A DNA stretch of 64,000 bases. Origin: an uncultured cyanobacterium (lineage in GTDB: Bacteria > Cyanobacteriota > Cyanobacteriia > Cyanobacteriales > Cyanobacteriaceae). This document shows, one piece after another, positions 41,718 through 52,258 of this stretch. The position numbers and the translations under genes were made by a program. Numbering within the stretch: the first letter of the stretch is position 1; the number at the start of each line of letters is the position of its first letter. The notes under the pieces were generated by a model, which had not been told where the DNA came from, searched no databases, and saw only the letters and a list, made by a program, of their open reading frames with translations. The stretch spans positions 320,001 through 384,000 of the forward strand of contig CAVVOP010000005.1 of NCBI GenBank assembly GCA_963749915.1, given 5' to 3'.

Positions 41718-42185
41718 ATGGAAAAAATTTGGCAAAAACCAGAAATTATTATTTGGACACAAATTATTTTAAATAGTTATCAACAATTACTACACAGAGA
41801 ATTAATTGACAGAAAGGACGACGAATTAAGCCAATCTAAAAATTTATTTTATAGTGATTTTGTGGTTTTATCTCATAATAATAATCCAGATCCCATTTAC
41901 AATTATGGTAACAAAAAAGCCCTACAATTATGGGAAATGGACTGGAAAAAATTAACAGAAACTCCTTCAAGAAAAAGCGCTGAGCCCTTATTAAGGGAAG
42001 AGAGAGAGGCATTATTAAAAAAAACAAATCTGAAAGGTTATATAACTAATTATGATGGGGTTAGAATTTCTAGCACAGGAAAAAGATATAATATAAAAGA
42101 TGTAATTCTTTGGAATTTAACCGATAATCAAGGTAATTTTTGCGGACAAGCAGCGACATTTTCTCAGTGGGAAAAGTTAGAATAA
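41718..42185 (+). CDS. Stand-alone MEKHLA (PAS-like) domain protein
   Basis: Motifs DPIYNYGNKKALQLWE, PSRKSAEP, GVRISSTGKR and GQAATF. Confidence 0.9.
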   Translation: MEKIWQKPEIIIWTQIILNSYQQLLHRELIDRKDDELSQSKNLFYSDFVVLSHNNNPDPIYNYGNKKALQLWEMDWKKLTETPSRKSAEPLLREEREALLKKTNLKGYITNYDGVRISSTGKRYNIKDVILWNLTDNQGNFCGQAATFSQWEKLE

Positions 42186-42194
42186 ATAATTGGG

Positions 42195-42243
42195 AATTCT
42201 GAATTCTAAATTCTAAATTCTAAATTCTAAATTCTAAATTCTC
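42195..42243. repeat. Heptamer tandem repeat (AATTCTA)x~7
   Basis: Five perfect and two variant units directly before the acyltransferase start. Confidence 0.92.
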
Positions 42244-42248
42244 ATCGC

Positions 42249-43064
42249 ATGGATAAAAAATATTTTGGTTGGTCATTAACACAAAGAGATCCTGATACGA
42301 TTAGACAATTAATGCCTTTTTGGGAATTTCTTTATAAATATTATTTTCGAGTGGAAACCAGTGGTTGGGAAAATATTCCCGAAGGACAAGTTTTATTAGT
42401 GGGTTCTCATAACGGTGGTTTAGCCGCCCCCGACATGGTGATGATGATGTATGATTGGTTTCGTTATTTCGGGACTAATCGTTTAGCCTATGGTTTAATG
42501 CATCCCATCGCTTGGACTGCTTATCGGGGTTTAACTACTTTAGCCGCTAAAACTGGGGCTATTCGTGCCAACCCCAAAATGGCGATCGCGGCCATCGAGA
42601 AAGGTGCAAATATATTAGTATATCCAGGGGGGGCTGAAGATGTATTTCGTCCTTATACAGAAAGAGATAAAATCAAATTCATGGGTAGAAAAGGCTTTAT
42701 TAAACTGGCGTTGCGTTATTCTTTGCCCATTGTCCCCTTAATTTCTAAAGGTGCTCATGAAAGTATTTTTGTATTCGCAGATTTGTATCAACAAGCAAAA
42801 CAACTTAATAAACAAGGCTTATTCCCTTGGATTTTCGATCTCAATCCGCAAACCTTCCCTTTATATTTTGGTTTACCTTGGGGTTTAGCTTTAGGTCCTT
42901 TACCTAATATACCATTACCTGTTCCCATGACGACTAGAGTCTGTCCTCCTATTTATTTTGAGCGTTATGGAGAAGAAGTTACTAGTGATCGCATCTATGT
43001 ACAAGAATGTTATAATTTAGTGGTTAATACTATGCAAAAAGAATTAAACATTTTATACACTTAA
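42249..43064 (+). CDS. PlsC/DGAT2-like acyltransferase (Slr2103-like)
   Basis: Motifs VGSHNGGLAAPD, VYPGGAEDVFRP and GRKGFIKLAL. Confidence 0.85.
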   Translation: MDKKYFGWSLTQRDPDTIRQLMPFWEFLYKYYFRVETSGWENIPEGQVLLVGSHNGGLAAPDMVMMMYDWFRYFGTNRLAYGLMHPIAWTAYRGLTTLAAKTGAIRANPKMAIAAIEKGANILVYPGGAEDVFRPYTERDKIKFMGRKGFIKLALRYSLPIVPLISKGAHESIFVFADLYQQAKQLNKQGLFPWIFDLNPQTFPLYFGLPWGLALGPLPNIPLPVPMTTRVCPPIYFERYGEEVTSDRIYVQECYNLVVNTMQKELNILYT

Positions 43065-43071
43065 CAGAAGT

Positions 43072-44793
43072 TTATTGTTGTTTCAAATGAATGACGAGGG
43101 AAGATAATTCTTCAATTTCTTTTACTCTTAAAGTTTCAGCAATAAGACTCATTTTCTCAACAGAAGATATAGTACTAATCAAATCAATAATTTCGGCAGA
43201 ATTTTCAGGAAAACGAGTTTCTAAAATTTTACTGATAATGTCTTGAATTAATTGTTCTTTATGTTCTTGTGTTAAATTTAATTGTTGTTTGGCGGTGATT
43301 AAATCCTCTTGTTGTTTATTCAATATCTCTAACATTTGTTGTAATGTTCGTGCCAGAATACCCAAGTCATCGGGACGATGGCAAAAATCCTCAAAATCGG
43401 AGGGGCGAAAGTGATTATTTTCAATAGAAGATACGGCTGTGGCGGTAATGGCATAAAGTTCTTCTAAAGACTCTACATTTTGACGATGATTTACCTCTAA
43501 AGCATCCATAACTTGATTATAACGGTGGGCAATGTGTCCGATTTCAGTAAAAGGTTGTACAGGCACACGCAAAGTTAAATCATGGTTTCGGGCTTGTAAA
43601 TCCATGACTTGGAACAATTCATAGGTATCGGTACTTGCACCATGCTCAGAAATATTTAAACCTACTTCTTCATCTTCTGCTGACACTCGTAAACAGTAAT
43701 AACGATTAAGCAGAGTAAGCAAAGTAAAAGTTAAGCCGTAAGCCCATAACAAGGCAATGGTTACCCCTAATAACTGCACCATCAACTGGTGACCACGACT
43801 AAGATTAAGTAATTCTAAATCACTAAATAAGGCCACACAGATTGTACCCCAAATCCCTGCTCCACCATGGACGGCAACGGCATCTACAGCGTCATCAACC
43901 CCCCAACGTTTCAGATTAGAAGAGACTAAATTTGTCACCCCTGCACTGGTTATGCCTATCACTAAAGCCACAGGAGTTGAGACTAAATGACAACTGGCAG
44001 TAATTCCTACTAATCCTGCAAGGCTACCATTGATTAATTCTTCTACTTCGATGTGGCGATTTTGACATTGACTTAGAATCATACCACAAATCATCCCCCC
44101 AACCCCTGAAAGAATGGTATGGAGAATAATATCGGGTACTTTTTCGTTTAAAGCAAAGGTACTACCACCATTAAAACCAATCCATCCCACCCATAAAAGT
44201 AAAGCACCCAAAACCGCAAAGGGTAAATTTGAACCTTGAATTTTATTGATTTTTCCTTGTGAAAATCGCCCGTTGCGAGAGCCTATAACTATCAATGCCC
44301 CTAAACTTACCCATGCCCCAACACTATGGACAACAGTACTTCCAGCAAAATCAATAAAACCCATTTCCCTGAGCCAACCATTTTCATTCCATGCCCAATT
44401 GCCAAATAAAGGATAAATTAAGCCCGAAACAAGAATGGCGGTGATTAAATAAGCCCCAAACTGTAACCTTTCCGCCACCGCACCTGAAATGATCGTAGTG
44501 GAAGTACCGCAAAACATGGCTTGAAAGATGAAAAAGACAGCATTCGAAGATTGATTAGATGAAGAAAAGAAAAAATTACTTGTGCCAAACCAACCCGTTT
44601 GGGAGACTCCGAACATCAAAGCATAGCCAAAAGCCCAAAATAACAATATAGAAACGGCAAAATCTGCAATATTTTTCACCGCTACATTAATACTATTTTT
44701 TGATCGAGTTAATCCCGATTCAAGACACATAAAACCGGCTTGCATCAATAATACTAATCCCGAACAAATCAATAACCAAAGTTGATCAATCAT
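43072..44793 (-). CDS. amt: Ammonium transporter with a C-terminal HAMP-like extension
   Basis: MQAGF..LESG, DFAGSTVVH and DDAVDAVAVHG, plus a ~190-aa soluble tail. Confidence 0.92.
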   Translation of the reverse strand: MIDQLWLLICSGLVLLMQAGFMCLESGLTRSKNSINVAVKNIADFAVSILLFWAFGYALMFGVSQTGWFGTSNFFFSSSNQSSNAVFFIFQAMFCGTSTTIISGAVAERLQFGAYLITAILVSGLIYPLFGNWAWNENGWLREMGFIDFAGSTVVHSVGAWVSLGALIVIGSRNGRFSQGKINKIQGSNLPFAVLGALLLWVGWIGFNGGSTFALNEKVPDIILHTILSGVGGMICGMILSQCQNRHIEVEELINGSLAGLVGITASCHLVSTPVALVIGITSAGVTNLVSSNLKRWGVDDAVDAVAVHGGAGIWGTICVALFSDLELLNLSRGHQLMVQLLGVTIALLWAYGLTFTLLTLLNRYYCLRVSAEDEEVGLNISEHGASTDTYELFQVMDLQARNHDLTLRVPVQPFTEIGHIAHRYNQVMDALEVNHRQNVESLEELYAITATAVSSIENNHFRPSDFEDFCHRPDDLGILARTLQQMLEILNKQQEDLITAKQQLNLTQEHKEQLIQDIISKILETRFPENSAEIIDLISTISSVEKMSLIAETLRVKEIEELSSLVIHLKQQ

Positions 44794-45056
44794 TTAATAA
44801 GTGGTGAACAAAACAATACTATATTCATGACATGTTTCTAGCCAATTAAATGATACATGAGACACCATTTTGTTTATCCCCTTTCCATCAGTCAGCAAAT
44901 TAGCCCCAAAAGTTGCAGATTGATTGTGGGAAACTTTAACTAAATTGGAAATCCATAGGAGAAAGACTTTCTTTCTTTGTTAGTATTGACTAAATAAAAA
45001 TAGTTATATCAACCTAACTTTAAATTATCAAATAATATTAATTTAGTTAAAAATAT

Positions 45057-45404
45057 ATGAAAAAAACTCTTTTATTCTTCTTAAGTTTAACTATCTTTTT
45101 TCTGTTCAATTTATCCCTGATATCCCCTGCTAAAGCTCAAACTCCTAATAATTCAATGGGGCAGAACATTTTTTCGGTCCACTGTGCGGCATGTCATCCT
45201 AATGGTAGTAATATTATTAGGAGAGGTAAAAATTTGCGGTTAAAGGCTTTGCAAAAAAATGGTTATAACTCTGTAGATGCCATCACAACCATAATCACAA
45301 ACGGTAAAAATAATATGTCATCATTTAAAGATCGTCTCACAGAAAAAGAGATTAATCAGGTAGCAAAATATGTTTTTCGACAAGCAAAAAACAACTGGCA
45401 ATAA
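45057..45404 (+). CDS. petJ: Cytochrome c6 family protein
   Basis: Signal peptide, CAACH and GKNNMSSF. Confidence 0.85.
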   Translation: MKKTLLFFLSLTIFFLFNLSLISPAKAQTPNNSMGQNIFSVHCAACHPNGSNIIRRGKNLRLKALQKNGYNSVDAITTIITNGKNNMSSFKDRLTEKEINQVAKYVFRQAKNNWQ

Positions 45405-45442
45405 TTTAATTTTTAAGTTTAATAAAAAGGAGTAATTTTTTT

Positions 45443-45838
45443 ATGCTATTAGGTGCAAGTGTTATCACAGTTTCCGCACTTTTCGTTTATCTTGTAACAA
45501 TTATTAACGTTGGGAGAGCTAGAGCAAAATATAACGTAATGCCTCCTGCAATGTCAGGAGAACCTAATTTTGAGAGAGTATTAAGAGTACAAGAAAATAT
45601 GTTGGAACAACTAATATTTTTCTTACCCTTAATGTGGATTTTTTCCTATTATGTAAGTGAATTATGGGGTGCTATTTTAGGAGGAGTTTGGATTTTAGGA
45701 AGGATTTTATATGCTTGGGGTTACTATCAAGAGGCGAAAAAGAGAACCTTGGGTTTTGGCATTAGTTCATTAACTAGTATGGGTTTATTATTAGGTTGTT
45801 TAATTACTTTAGGAATGTTAGTCATTAATAATATATAG
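45443..45838 (+). CDS. MAPEG family protein
   Basis: Motifs VGRARAKY, FERVLRVQENMLEQ and GRILYAWGY. Confidence 0.92.
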   Translation: MLLGASVITVSALFVYLVTIINVGRARAKYNVMPPAMSGEPNFERVLRVQENMLEQLIFFLPLMWIFSYYVSELWGAILGGVWILGRILYAWGYYQEAKKRTLGFGISSLTSMGLLLGCLITLGMLVINNI

Positions 45839-46053
45839 CAAAAATTTGAGCGTTTAGTTTTTTAGGTCGTCAAACCTAACGCTCTTTCAAGTTTAAGAAT
45901 GAGGGTTTAATTATTTAGTATAGTTTCCACAATTCTTCTTTAAATAAGTACAAATTTACTATTTTATTTAATCCCCATTCCTTAGCATCATGGAAACGCA
46001 CCATTGAAGATAACTTATTTACTAGAGGAGGAGGTTAAATTATGATTCATTCA

Positions 46054-46164
46054 GTCATTGCGAGGGAAGTAACTTTATTGAGATTTAATTACTTTAACCA
46101 AAAAACCCCGAAGCAATCTCAAATTATCGAAGTAGAGGATTGCTTCACTATCGTTCGCCATGAC
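46054..46164. repeat. Palindromic REP/RPE-like element (GTCATTGCGAG...GAAGCAATC...GATTGCTTC...TCGCCATGAC)
   Basis: Nested inverted repeats: outer GTCATTGCGA/TCGCCATGAC, inner GAAGCAATC/GATTGCTTC. Confidence 0.8.
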
Positions 46165-46202
46165 AGTATAAATTCATATAAAAAGAGAAAAAATCAACCA
46201 TT

Positions 46203-46454
46203 ATGCCTACAGTTTTATACATTAAAGGATGGCGATTTTTCTTTTAGTCAAATGAAGGAAATGAACCCATACATATTCATATTCAAAAAGGAGCAAAAGA
46301 ATGTAAATACTGGTTAGACATTGACAACTATTCTGTAGAAGAAGCCCACACTTATAACATGAATAAAAAAGATATTCGAGAAGTTAAGAAAATATTATTA
46401 CAGAATTTAGATGAAATTGCTGAACCATGGAATCAATTTTTTGGCAGTAACTAA
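46203..46454 (+). pseudogene. DUF4160 toxin-like gene with a premature TAG
   Basis: MPTVLYIKGWRFFF*SNEGNEPIHIH...WNQFFGSN. TAG at 46245-46247. Stop overlaps the DUF2442 start. Confidence 0.88.
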
Positions 46455-46711
46455 TGAACAAAATCCATAATATTCAATCAATCGATTTTACAGAAAGAGA
46501 AATGATTTTAAAAGTTGACAATAAAACTTATCATTTACCCCTTTCAGAAGTATCGAAAAAATTAGATCAAGCTAGTGATATGGAAAGAAAAATATATAAA
46601 ATTTCTCCCTCTGGTTATGGCATTCATTGGTTAATAATTGATGAAGATTTATCCATTGATGGATTAATAAAATTAGCTGAAAACTTATTTATTAAAAACG
46701 ATAGTAACTGA
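46454..46711 (+). CDS. DUF2442 antitoxin-like protein
   Basis: SPSGYGIHW..IDEDLSIDGL. Confidence 0.9.
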   Translation: MNKIHNIQSIDFTEREMILKVDNKTYHLPLSEVSKKLDQASDMERKIYKISPSGYGIHWLIIDEDLSIDGLIKLAENLFIKNDSN

Positions 46712-46724
46712 TGAAAAATAAACT

Positions 46725-46967
46725 ATGAATACAGAACAAATATTAATTAATAAATGGCGATTATTACCACCGGAAAAACAACAAGAAGTAATAGATTTTG
46801 TAGCCTTTTTAGAGCAAAACTATAGCCAGAAAAAAACAAGAGAAGAAATCCCCAACTTGGAATCAGAAAATAGTCAAATAACTACCAATTCTTTAGAAGG
46901 AAAATTAATCTATTATGAAGATCCTTGCGAACCTGTTGCCCTTGAAGATTGGGAGGCGATGATGTGA
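46725..46967 (+). CDS. DUF2281-type antitoxin
   Basis: WRLLPPEKQQEVIDFVAFL...EPVALEDWE. Stop overlaps the PIN gene. Confidence 0.8.
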   Translation: MNTEQILINKWRLLPPEKQQEVIDFVAFLEQNYSQKKTREEIPNLESENSQITTNSLEGKLIYYEDPCEPVALEDWEAMM

Positions 46968-47347
46968 TTATTCTTGACACTCATATTTGGATTTGGTGGA
47001 TAGATAAACATGAAAAATTAACAGCTAAAAATCAAAATTTAATTGAAAAATATCGCCATAAAGGATTAGGAATAAGTATTATTTCATGTTGGGAAATAGC
47101 TAAATTAGTAGAGAAAAACCGCCTTAAATTTGAATGTAGCGTTGAAGAATGGTTAAACTCTGCGGTGGCATATCCTGATGTTCAATTATTAGATTTAACT
47201 TTACCCATCATTTTACAATCTACTCAATTAGAGGGATTTCATCAAGACCCTGCTGACCAAATTATTGTTGCTACAGCTAAAGTTTATGACTGCCCTCTCT
47301 TAACCCAAGATAATAAAATACTTAAATATCCAAATGTTAACTTCTAA
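46964..47347 (+). CDS. vapC: VapC/PIN-domain toxin
   Basis: Motifs ILDTHIWIWW, SCWEIA, HQDPADQIIVATA and LLTQD. GTG start overlaps the upstream TGA. Confidence 0.9.
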   Translation: MIILDTHIWIWWIDKHEKLTAKNQNLIEKYRHKGLGISIISCWEIAKLVEKNRLKFECSVEEWLNSAVAYPDVQLLDLTLPIILQSTQLEGFHQDPADQIIVATAKVYDCPLLTQDNKILKYPNVNF

Positions 47348-47349
47348 TT

Positions 47350-47504
47350 TACGCAGTTTACCTCGATCTGAACGATGAACAGTTTTAGGTTTTCTTCTTT
47401 CTCTTAAGGCTCAATAAAGGGTATCTACAGAAACACCATAAACCGAAGCGGTTTCTTTCATCATTTTGGTCATCGGTGGAAACACGAGCGTAGCCAATTA
47501 ACAT
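47350..47504 (-). pseudogene. Serine resolvase N-terminus fused by deletion to a DDE integrase fragment
   Basis: MLIGYARVSTDDQN, then in a shifted frame KETASVYGVSVDTLY*ALRERRKPKTVHRSDRG. Confidence 0.75.
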
Positions 47505-47675
47505 TTTTCCAGTCAAAGTGAGTAAAGAAACTCTTTAACTAGAATTTCATCTTAACTTAGATATTTTGATTCATCACCAAAAGTGAGAAAGAGCCTTAAT
47601 TCGAGCCGAGAAGGTTATTATTGCAAGCCCTTACATGTAGATAATGCAGGTTAGAGTAAATAATACCCTGATATC

Positions 47676-48248
47676 TCAACTTATTTTGCCTAAATGTTCC
47701 AGAGGCCAAAAAGTGAAAATGGCTTTACCGATGATATTTTCTTGGGGTAAAAATCCCCAGATATGGGAATCATTAGAATTGTTACGATTATCACCCATAA
47801 CGAAAACGTAACCTTCTGGTACTTCTATTGTCTCTAAATTATATTTAGGGGTATCGAGAATATAGTCTTCCGTGACAGGTTTTTCGTTGACATAAACGAT
47901 CCCCTCCCTTACCGCTAAGGTTTCCCCCCCATGGGCGATAATTCTTTTAATAAATGCTTGATCTTGATCATATCCTAATATTTGTAACTGTGGTGGTGGA
48001 GCAAAAACTACTATATCATGGTCATGGGGTTTAGTAAAATAATAAGAAACTTTTTCTACTACCAAGCGATCGCCAGTAGAAAGAGTGGGAGACATGGATT
48101 CTGAGGGAATAAAACGGGGTTCGGCGATAAAAATGCGAATGATAATCGCTAAAACTAAGCCAATCAAAACAATACCAAAATTTTCTTTAATTTGTGCCCA
48201 AAAATCAGTTTTAGAAGTAGATAGATTAGTTTCGGTTAATTTAGTCAT
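47676..48248 (-). CDS. lepB: Signal peptidase I
   Basis: Motifs IPSESMSPTL, FIKRII and MGDNRNNSNDSH. Confidence 0.95.
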   Translation of the reverse strand: MTKLTETNLSTSKTDFWAQIKENFGIVLIGLVLAIIIRIFIAEPRFIPSESMSPTLSTGDRLVVEKVSYYFTKPHDHDIVVFAPPPQLQILGYDQDQAFIKRIIAHGGETLAVREGIVYVNEKPVTEDYILDTPKYNLETIEVPEGYVFVMGDNRNNSNDSHIWGFLPQENIIGKAIFTFWPLEHLGKIS

Positions 48249-48384
48249 AGGGTGAGAAAAAAGATGAAGAATAATATTTAAGAAATAGGGAATGGAGAAT
48301 AGTCAAGAGATTTCGTTTTATTCAACGACTTTTAAAACAACCAGTCCAAATATATTTTAGCTTAGTCGAAAATCTCTTTATCAA

Positions 48385-48499
48385 CTAGTAGTCTGTCAAG
48401 ACTGAAACGAGGAACAAAAGTTATAATTTTTTCAATCATCTCCCGACTCCCTAACACTCGGCAGTCTTATTCCTCAACTCAAAATTGTCGGAGTACTAG
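48385..48499. mobile_element. 115-bp IS630-type MITE (same family as 23647-23752)
   Basis: Ends CTAGTAGTCTGTCAAG..GAGGAA and, on the reverse strand, CTAGTACTCCGACAATTTTG..GAGGAA. Confidence 0.78.
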
Positions 48500-48553
48500 T
48501 CTTTCTCTTTCCCTAGCTTTCCTAAAAGCAAATTATTTCCAGAGAATGCAATC

Positions 48554-49753
48554 TTAGTCGTCTAAAGCGGCAATACCCGGTAAAACTTTACCTTCGAGCA
48601 ATTCTAAACTTGCACCGCCACCGGTAGAAATATGGCTCATTTTTTCCGCAACGCCTACTTTTTCCACTGCCGCAACGGAATCACCACCGCCGATAATCGT
48701 AATTGCACCTTTTTCCGTTAATTCTGCTAAAGTATGAGCGATCGCTTCTGTACCTTGAGCAAATTTTTCAAATTCAAAGACACCCATAGGTCCATTCCAG
48801 ATTACACTTTGACAATCCCCAAGGGCATCTTGGAATGTTTTAACGGAATCGGGTCCAATATCTAATCCCATCCAACCATCGGGAATATTTTTAATATCAA
48901 CGGTTTGAGCGTTAGCATCGGGGGCAAAGTTATCGGCTACAACTACATCGGTAGGTAATAAAAACTCTACACCTCTTTCTTTTGCTTTTGCTTCTAAAGT
49001 CTTAGCTAATTCTAATTTATCTTCTTCTACTAAAGATTTTCCGACCCTTAAACCACGGGCTTTGTAGAAAGTGAAAATCATACCACCACCGATGATTAAT
49101 TTATCACATTTTTCTAATAAGGTTTCGATGACACCGATTTTACTAGAAACTTTAGAACCACCAATGATGGCCACTAAAGGACGTTTGGGATTTTCGATGG
49201 CACTTTGTAAAAATTTTAGCTCTTTTTCGATCAAGAAACCAGCCACACAGGGAGATAAATAATGAGTTACCCCCTCGGTGGAAGCATGGGCACGGTGTGC
49301 GGTCCCAAAAGCATCATTAACATATAAATCAGCATTACTGGCTAATTTTTTCGCAAATTCAGGATCATTCCCCTCTTCTTCATTGTAAAAACGGAGATTT
49401 TCTAATAAGGCAACATCACCATTAGCTAAACCATTAACTCCCGCAGTGACATCATCACCGATGCAATCATCAAATTTAGTGACTTTTTTACCTAATAACG
49501 CCGATAAGCGATCGCCCACTGGGGTTAAACGTAAACTATCTTTAACTTGACCTTTTGGACGACCCATGTGACTACATAAAATAACTTTAGCACCGTTGGA
49601 GGTTAGGTAATTAATAGTAGGTAAGGCCGCCTTAATACGGGTATCATCGGTGATCTGACCGTTTTCCATGGGTACGTTGAAATCTACACGTACTAACACC
49701 CTTTTTCCTTGTAAATCAGATTTTGTTAAACTTGCAATACTTTTTTTTGCCAT
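48554..49753 (-). CDS. pgk: Phosphoglycerate kinase
   Basis: Motifs [19 protein letters not shown] and [13 protein letters not shown]. Confidence 0.98.
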   Translation of the reverse strand: MAKKSIASLTKSDLQGKRVLVRVDFNVPMENGQITDDTRIKAALPTINYLTSNGAKVILCSHMGRPKGQVKDSLRLTPVGDRLSALLGKKVTKFDDCIGDDVTAGVNGLANGDVALLENLRFYNEEEGNDPEFAKKLASNADLYVNDAFGTAHRAHASTEGVTHYLSPCVAGFLIEKELKFLQSAIENPKRPLVAIIGGSKVSSKIGVIETLLEKCDKLIIGGGMIFTFYKARGLRVGKSLVEEDKLELAKTLEAKAKERGVEFLLPTDVVVADNFAPDANAQTVDIKNIPDGWMGLDIGPDSVKTFQDALGDCQSVIWNGPMGVFEFEKFAQGTEAIAHTLAELTEKGAITIIGGGDSVAAVEKVGVAEKMSHISTGGGASLELLEGKVLPGIAALDD

Positions 49754-50015
49754 GATCAAACTTTCCTATAAATATCAAACTATTAAAAATAAATCAGTAA
49801 AAAATTTTACCCTCTTGCAGATTTTACCCGACAATGTAACGATGTGTAAATTTAATTTTTAAAAGTTACAAAAAAAATATAGGCTATAGTGCTAGAAAAT
49901 AAATGATGGATAGGCACCTTTAAGTATAAAAACCGGAAGTTTATACCTCATTCCCGATAGTGATAAAATAGGGTAGTGTATCACATTTACCGCCTGAATA
50001 TCTTAGGTACGTGTT

Positions 50016-50414
50016 ATGTTTAAAAATATTCTTTTTCCCATTGATCAAAATCGAGAAACAAGGGATGCGGTTGCTATCGTGAGTAATGTCGTCAAAACTT
50101 ATGATAGTAAGTTATTTTTACTTTCTGTAGTCGAAAGATCCGCCGATAATAGTTCGGTTATGAGTGATGAAGACAATGTGGCTAAATTGCTAGGTGGGGC
50201 AAAAGAATTATTTGCCCAAGAAGATATTAACGCTGAAATCATTGAGCGTGAAGGGATGCCCTCTTTTACTATCTGTGACGTAGCAGATGAAATAGAGGCA
50301 AATTTAATTATTATGGGATGTCGGGGTTTAGGCTTAACCCAAGAAGGTGCAGAAGATAGCGTCACTAATCGGGTGATAAACCTTGCACCTTGTCCGGTGT
50401 TGGTTGTACCCTAG
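50016..50414 (+). CDS. Universal stress protein
   Basis: Motifs ILFPID, IIMGCRG and APCPVLVV. Confidence 0.92.
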   Translation: MFKNILFPIDQNRETRDAVAIVSNVVKTYDSKLFLLSVVERSADNSSVMSDEDNVAKLLGGAKELFAQEDINAEIIEREGMPSFTICDVADEIEANLIIMGCRGLGLTQEGAEDSVTNRVINLAPCPVLVVP

Positions 50415-50544
50415 TCTTAATGTAGTGGCCAAATTTCTTGCCCCCAAGGAGTAAAAAAAACAAGCAATACAGATGAACTGGAAGACATAAGAAAATATAA
50501 GTATTTTTACTTCAAGCTAAATCTTCATTGTCAACTGGCAACTG

Positions 50545-50874
50545 TTAATTGCCCATTGCCCTTCTATTATCGATAATTAACTTAATCCCTAATGCCATTA
50601 GCCCTACTGTCACCATCAAAAAGACAAAAGTCGCCATGGTGGTGATACCCATAATCAATGTTCTCACCGAAGACGCAATATTTACCGCCATGGGATTTTT
50701 AAACTTGATGGGCATTGTGCTGTAAGTTAGTATAACTGATTTCGTAAGTAAATAGGCGGCGATGGCCAAAGCCCCGGAAATTGAACCCCCTGTAAAACAA
50801 CGCATGGGGGTAATTTTTTCTTTATCTCCTTGTGTAATCGTAGTCGGCTTATCTTTAATCTCAGTATCACTCAT
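50545..50874 (-). CDS. DUF3082 domain membrane protein
   Basis: Motifs TPMRCFTG and NIASSVRTLIMG. Confidence 0.8.
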   Translation of the reverse strand: MSDTEIKDKPTTITQGDKEKITPMRCFTGGSISGALAIAAYLLTKSVILTYSTMPIKFKNPMAVNIASSVRTLIMGITTMATFVFLMVTVGLMALGIKLIIDNRRAMGN

Positions 50875-51021
50875 GATCAAAAGTTATGGTTAATTCTACA
50901 CCTTAATTATGACAGGGAAATAACCATTAACAATTCTTAAATTATTTATGTTTCTCCTAATATTTTGATTAGCATGGAATAAGAGTTAGTATCGGATAAG
51001 AGTTAGTAAGGAGAAAATATT

Positions 51022-51381
51022 ATGTTTAACAATAAAATTGCTATTATTTTAATAGCTGCTGTGAGCCTGTTTTTAAATTTTTCGGGAGTCAAGGCACAAA
51101 ATGAGCTAGGAGAAGAGATAAGTACTACGGGAGAACCTTTACAAGGACTTGATTCAAGAAACGTGGCGGAAGGTTTAGATAAAGATAAAACTCCTAAATT
51201 AAATGTAACTTTAGAGAGAGACAATAAACCTGAAAGTAAATTTACCACTGGCAATGAGTTTATTGATTCTTTAATTAGCAATCCTGCAGCCCCGAAAACA
51301 TCGACTATTGAGGGATTAAATACTAATAAGGGAGATGTACCTACCACAGGAAGCGGTACTATTCCTCTCTTTAATTTTTAA
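51022..51381 (+). CDS. Hypothetical exported protein
   Basis: AGGAG RBS and a signal peptide ending VKA-Q. Confidence 0.7.
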   Translation: MFNNKIAIILIAAVSLFLNFSGVKAQNELGEEISTTGEPLQGLDSRNVAEGLDKDKTPKLNVTLERDNKPESKFTTGNEFIDSLISNPAAPKTSTIEGLNTNKGDVPTTGSGTIPLFNF

Positions 51382-51452
51382 CTTAGAAACTAAAAGACTC
51401 TAATAAAAATATATTGTAACTGTTCGGGGGGGCATTAAAAATGCTCTACATC

Positions 51453-52258
51453 ACCTGAGTTCGATGTAACAATAAAACTGAAAATAAGGTATGTCAAGTA
51501 TTTTGACCTTTATCTTAATTTTCAACAACAAATACGCAGAACAAATCACAGCTAAAAATGGTTATTTTTAGCTGTGATTTTATTTTTTTTTTTTATATGG
51601 ATAAAAAATTAAATTACTAATGCAGATAATAAATTTATCTCATCTTTTTCTAATTGCAATTTTGGTTTTTTCTCTTGCCATGTATAAGCTATTAATCCTG
51701 CCACGGCATTCACTAAAAAATTAATTGGACTTCTGTGACGAGAATGCACTATTTGTGATATATTTTGTAGCTGATCATTTACTGTCTCAATTAATGACCT
51801 TTTTCTTAACATTAATTTTTCCCATAATTCCAATAATTTATTATTCATCTTTTTTTTGAATGGTGTTATTAATTTAATATTTTTCAGCCATAATTGTTGA
51901 AATAAATCTTGAGAAATGTAGCTCTTATCTCCAAATAATCGACCCCATAAATCCTTCGTTAAATAAGGTACTGTTAAAAGATGGTTCAAAAATTAAACAG
52001 AAATCATCTACATCATAGAAAAGTGTTTCTAATTCCATAAAAATTAATTTAAAAAAAATAACATATTGATTATGAAATTAATTTTTTAAAAAAAGGAGAT
52101 ATTAGCAATGAAATTTAATAAATATTCAGAAAAATTAACTTATTAACCTGGGTAGAACTTTTAATACATTAAGAATTGTAAAATAGCGAAAAATAGTATA
52201 AACCCAAAACTCATATAGGTTAAGAGTTTGAGACTATTTTCTTATATCGAACTCAGGT
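51453..52258 (-). mobile_element. IS982-family element with internally deleted transposase (ATG 52038, stop 51609)
   Basis: Inverted repeats ACCTGAGTTCGAT and a 6-bp TSD TACATC on both sides. MELETLFYDVDDFC is joined out of frame to LFGDKSYIS..RKRSLIETVNDQL..HSRHRS. Confidence 0.93.

Noticed and set aside
44794..45056. NtcA site upstream of amt
   Set aside because: I found no clean GTA-N8-TAC match.
46245..46247. TAG recoding in the DUF4160 gene
   Set aside because: TAG is a normal stop in other genes here. A single change from a Tyr codon explains it.
46042..46317. 91-aa ORF
   Set aside because: It reads through the palindromic element and overlaps DUF4160 out of frame.
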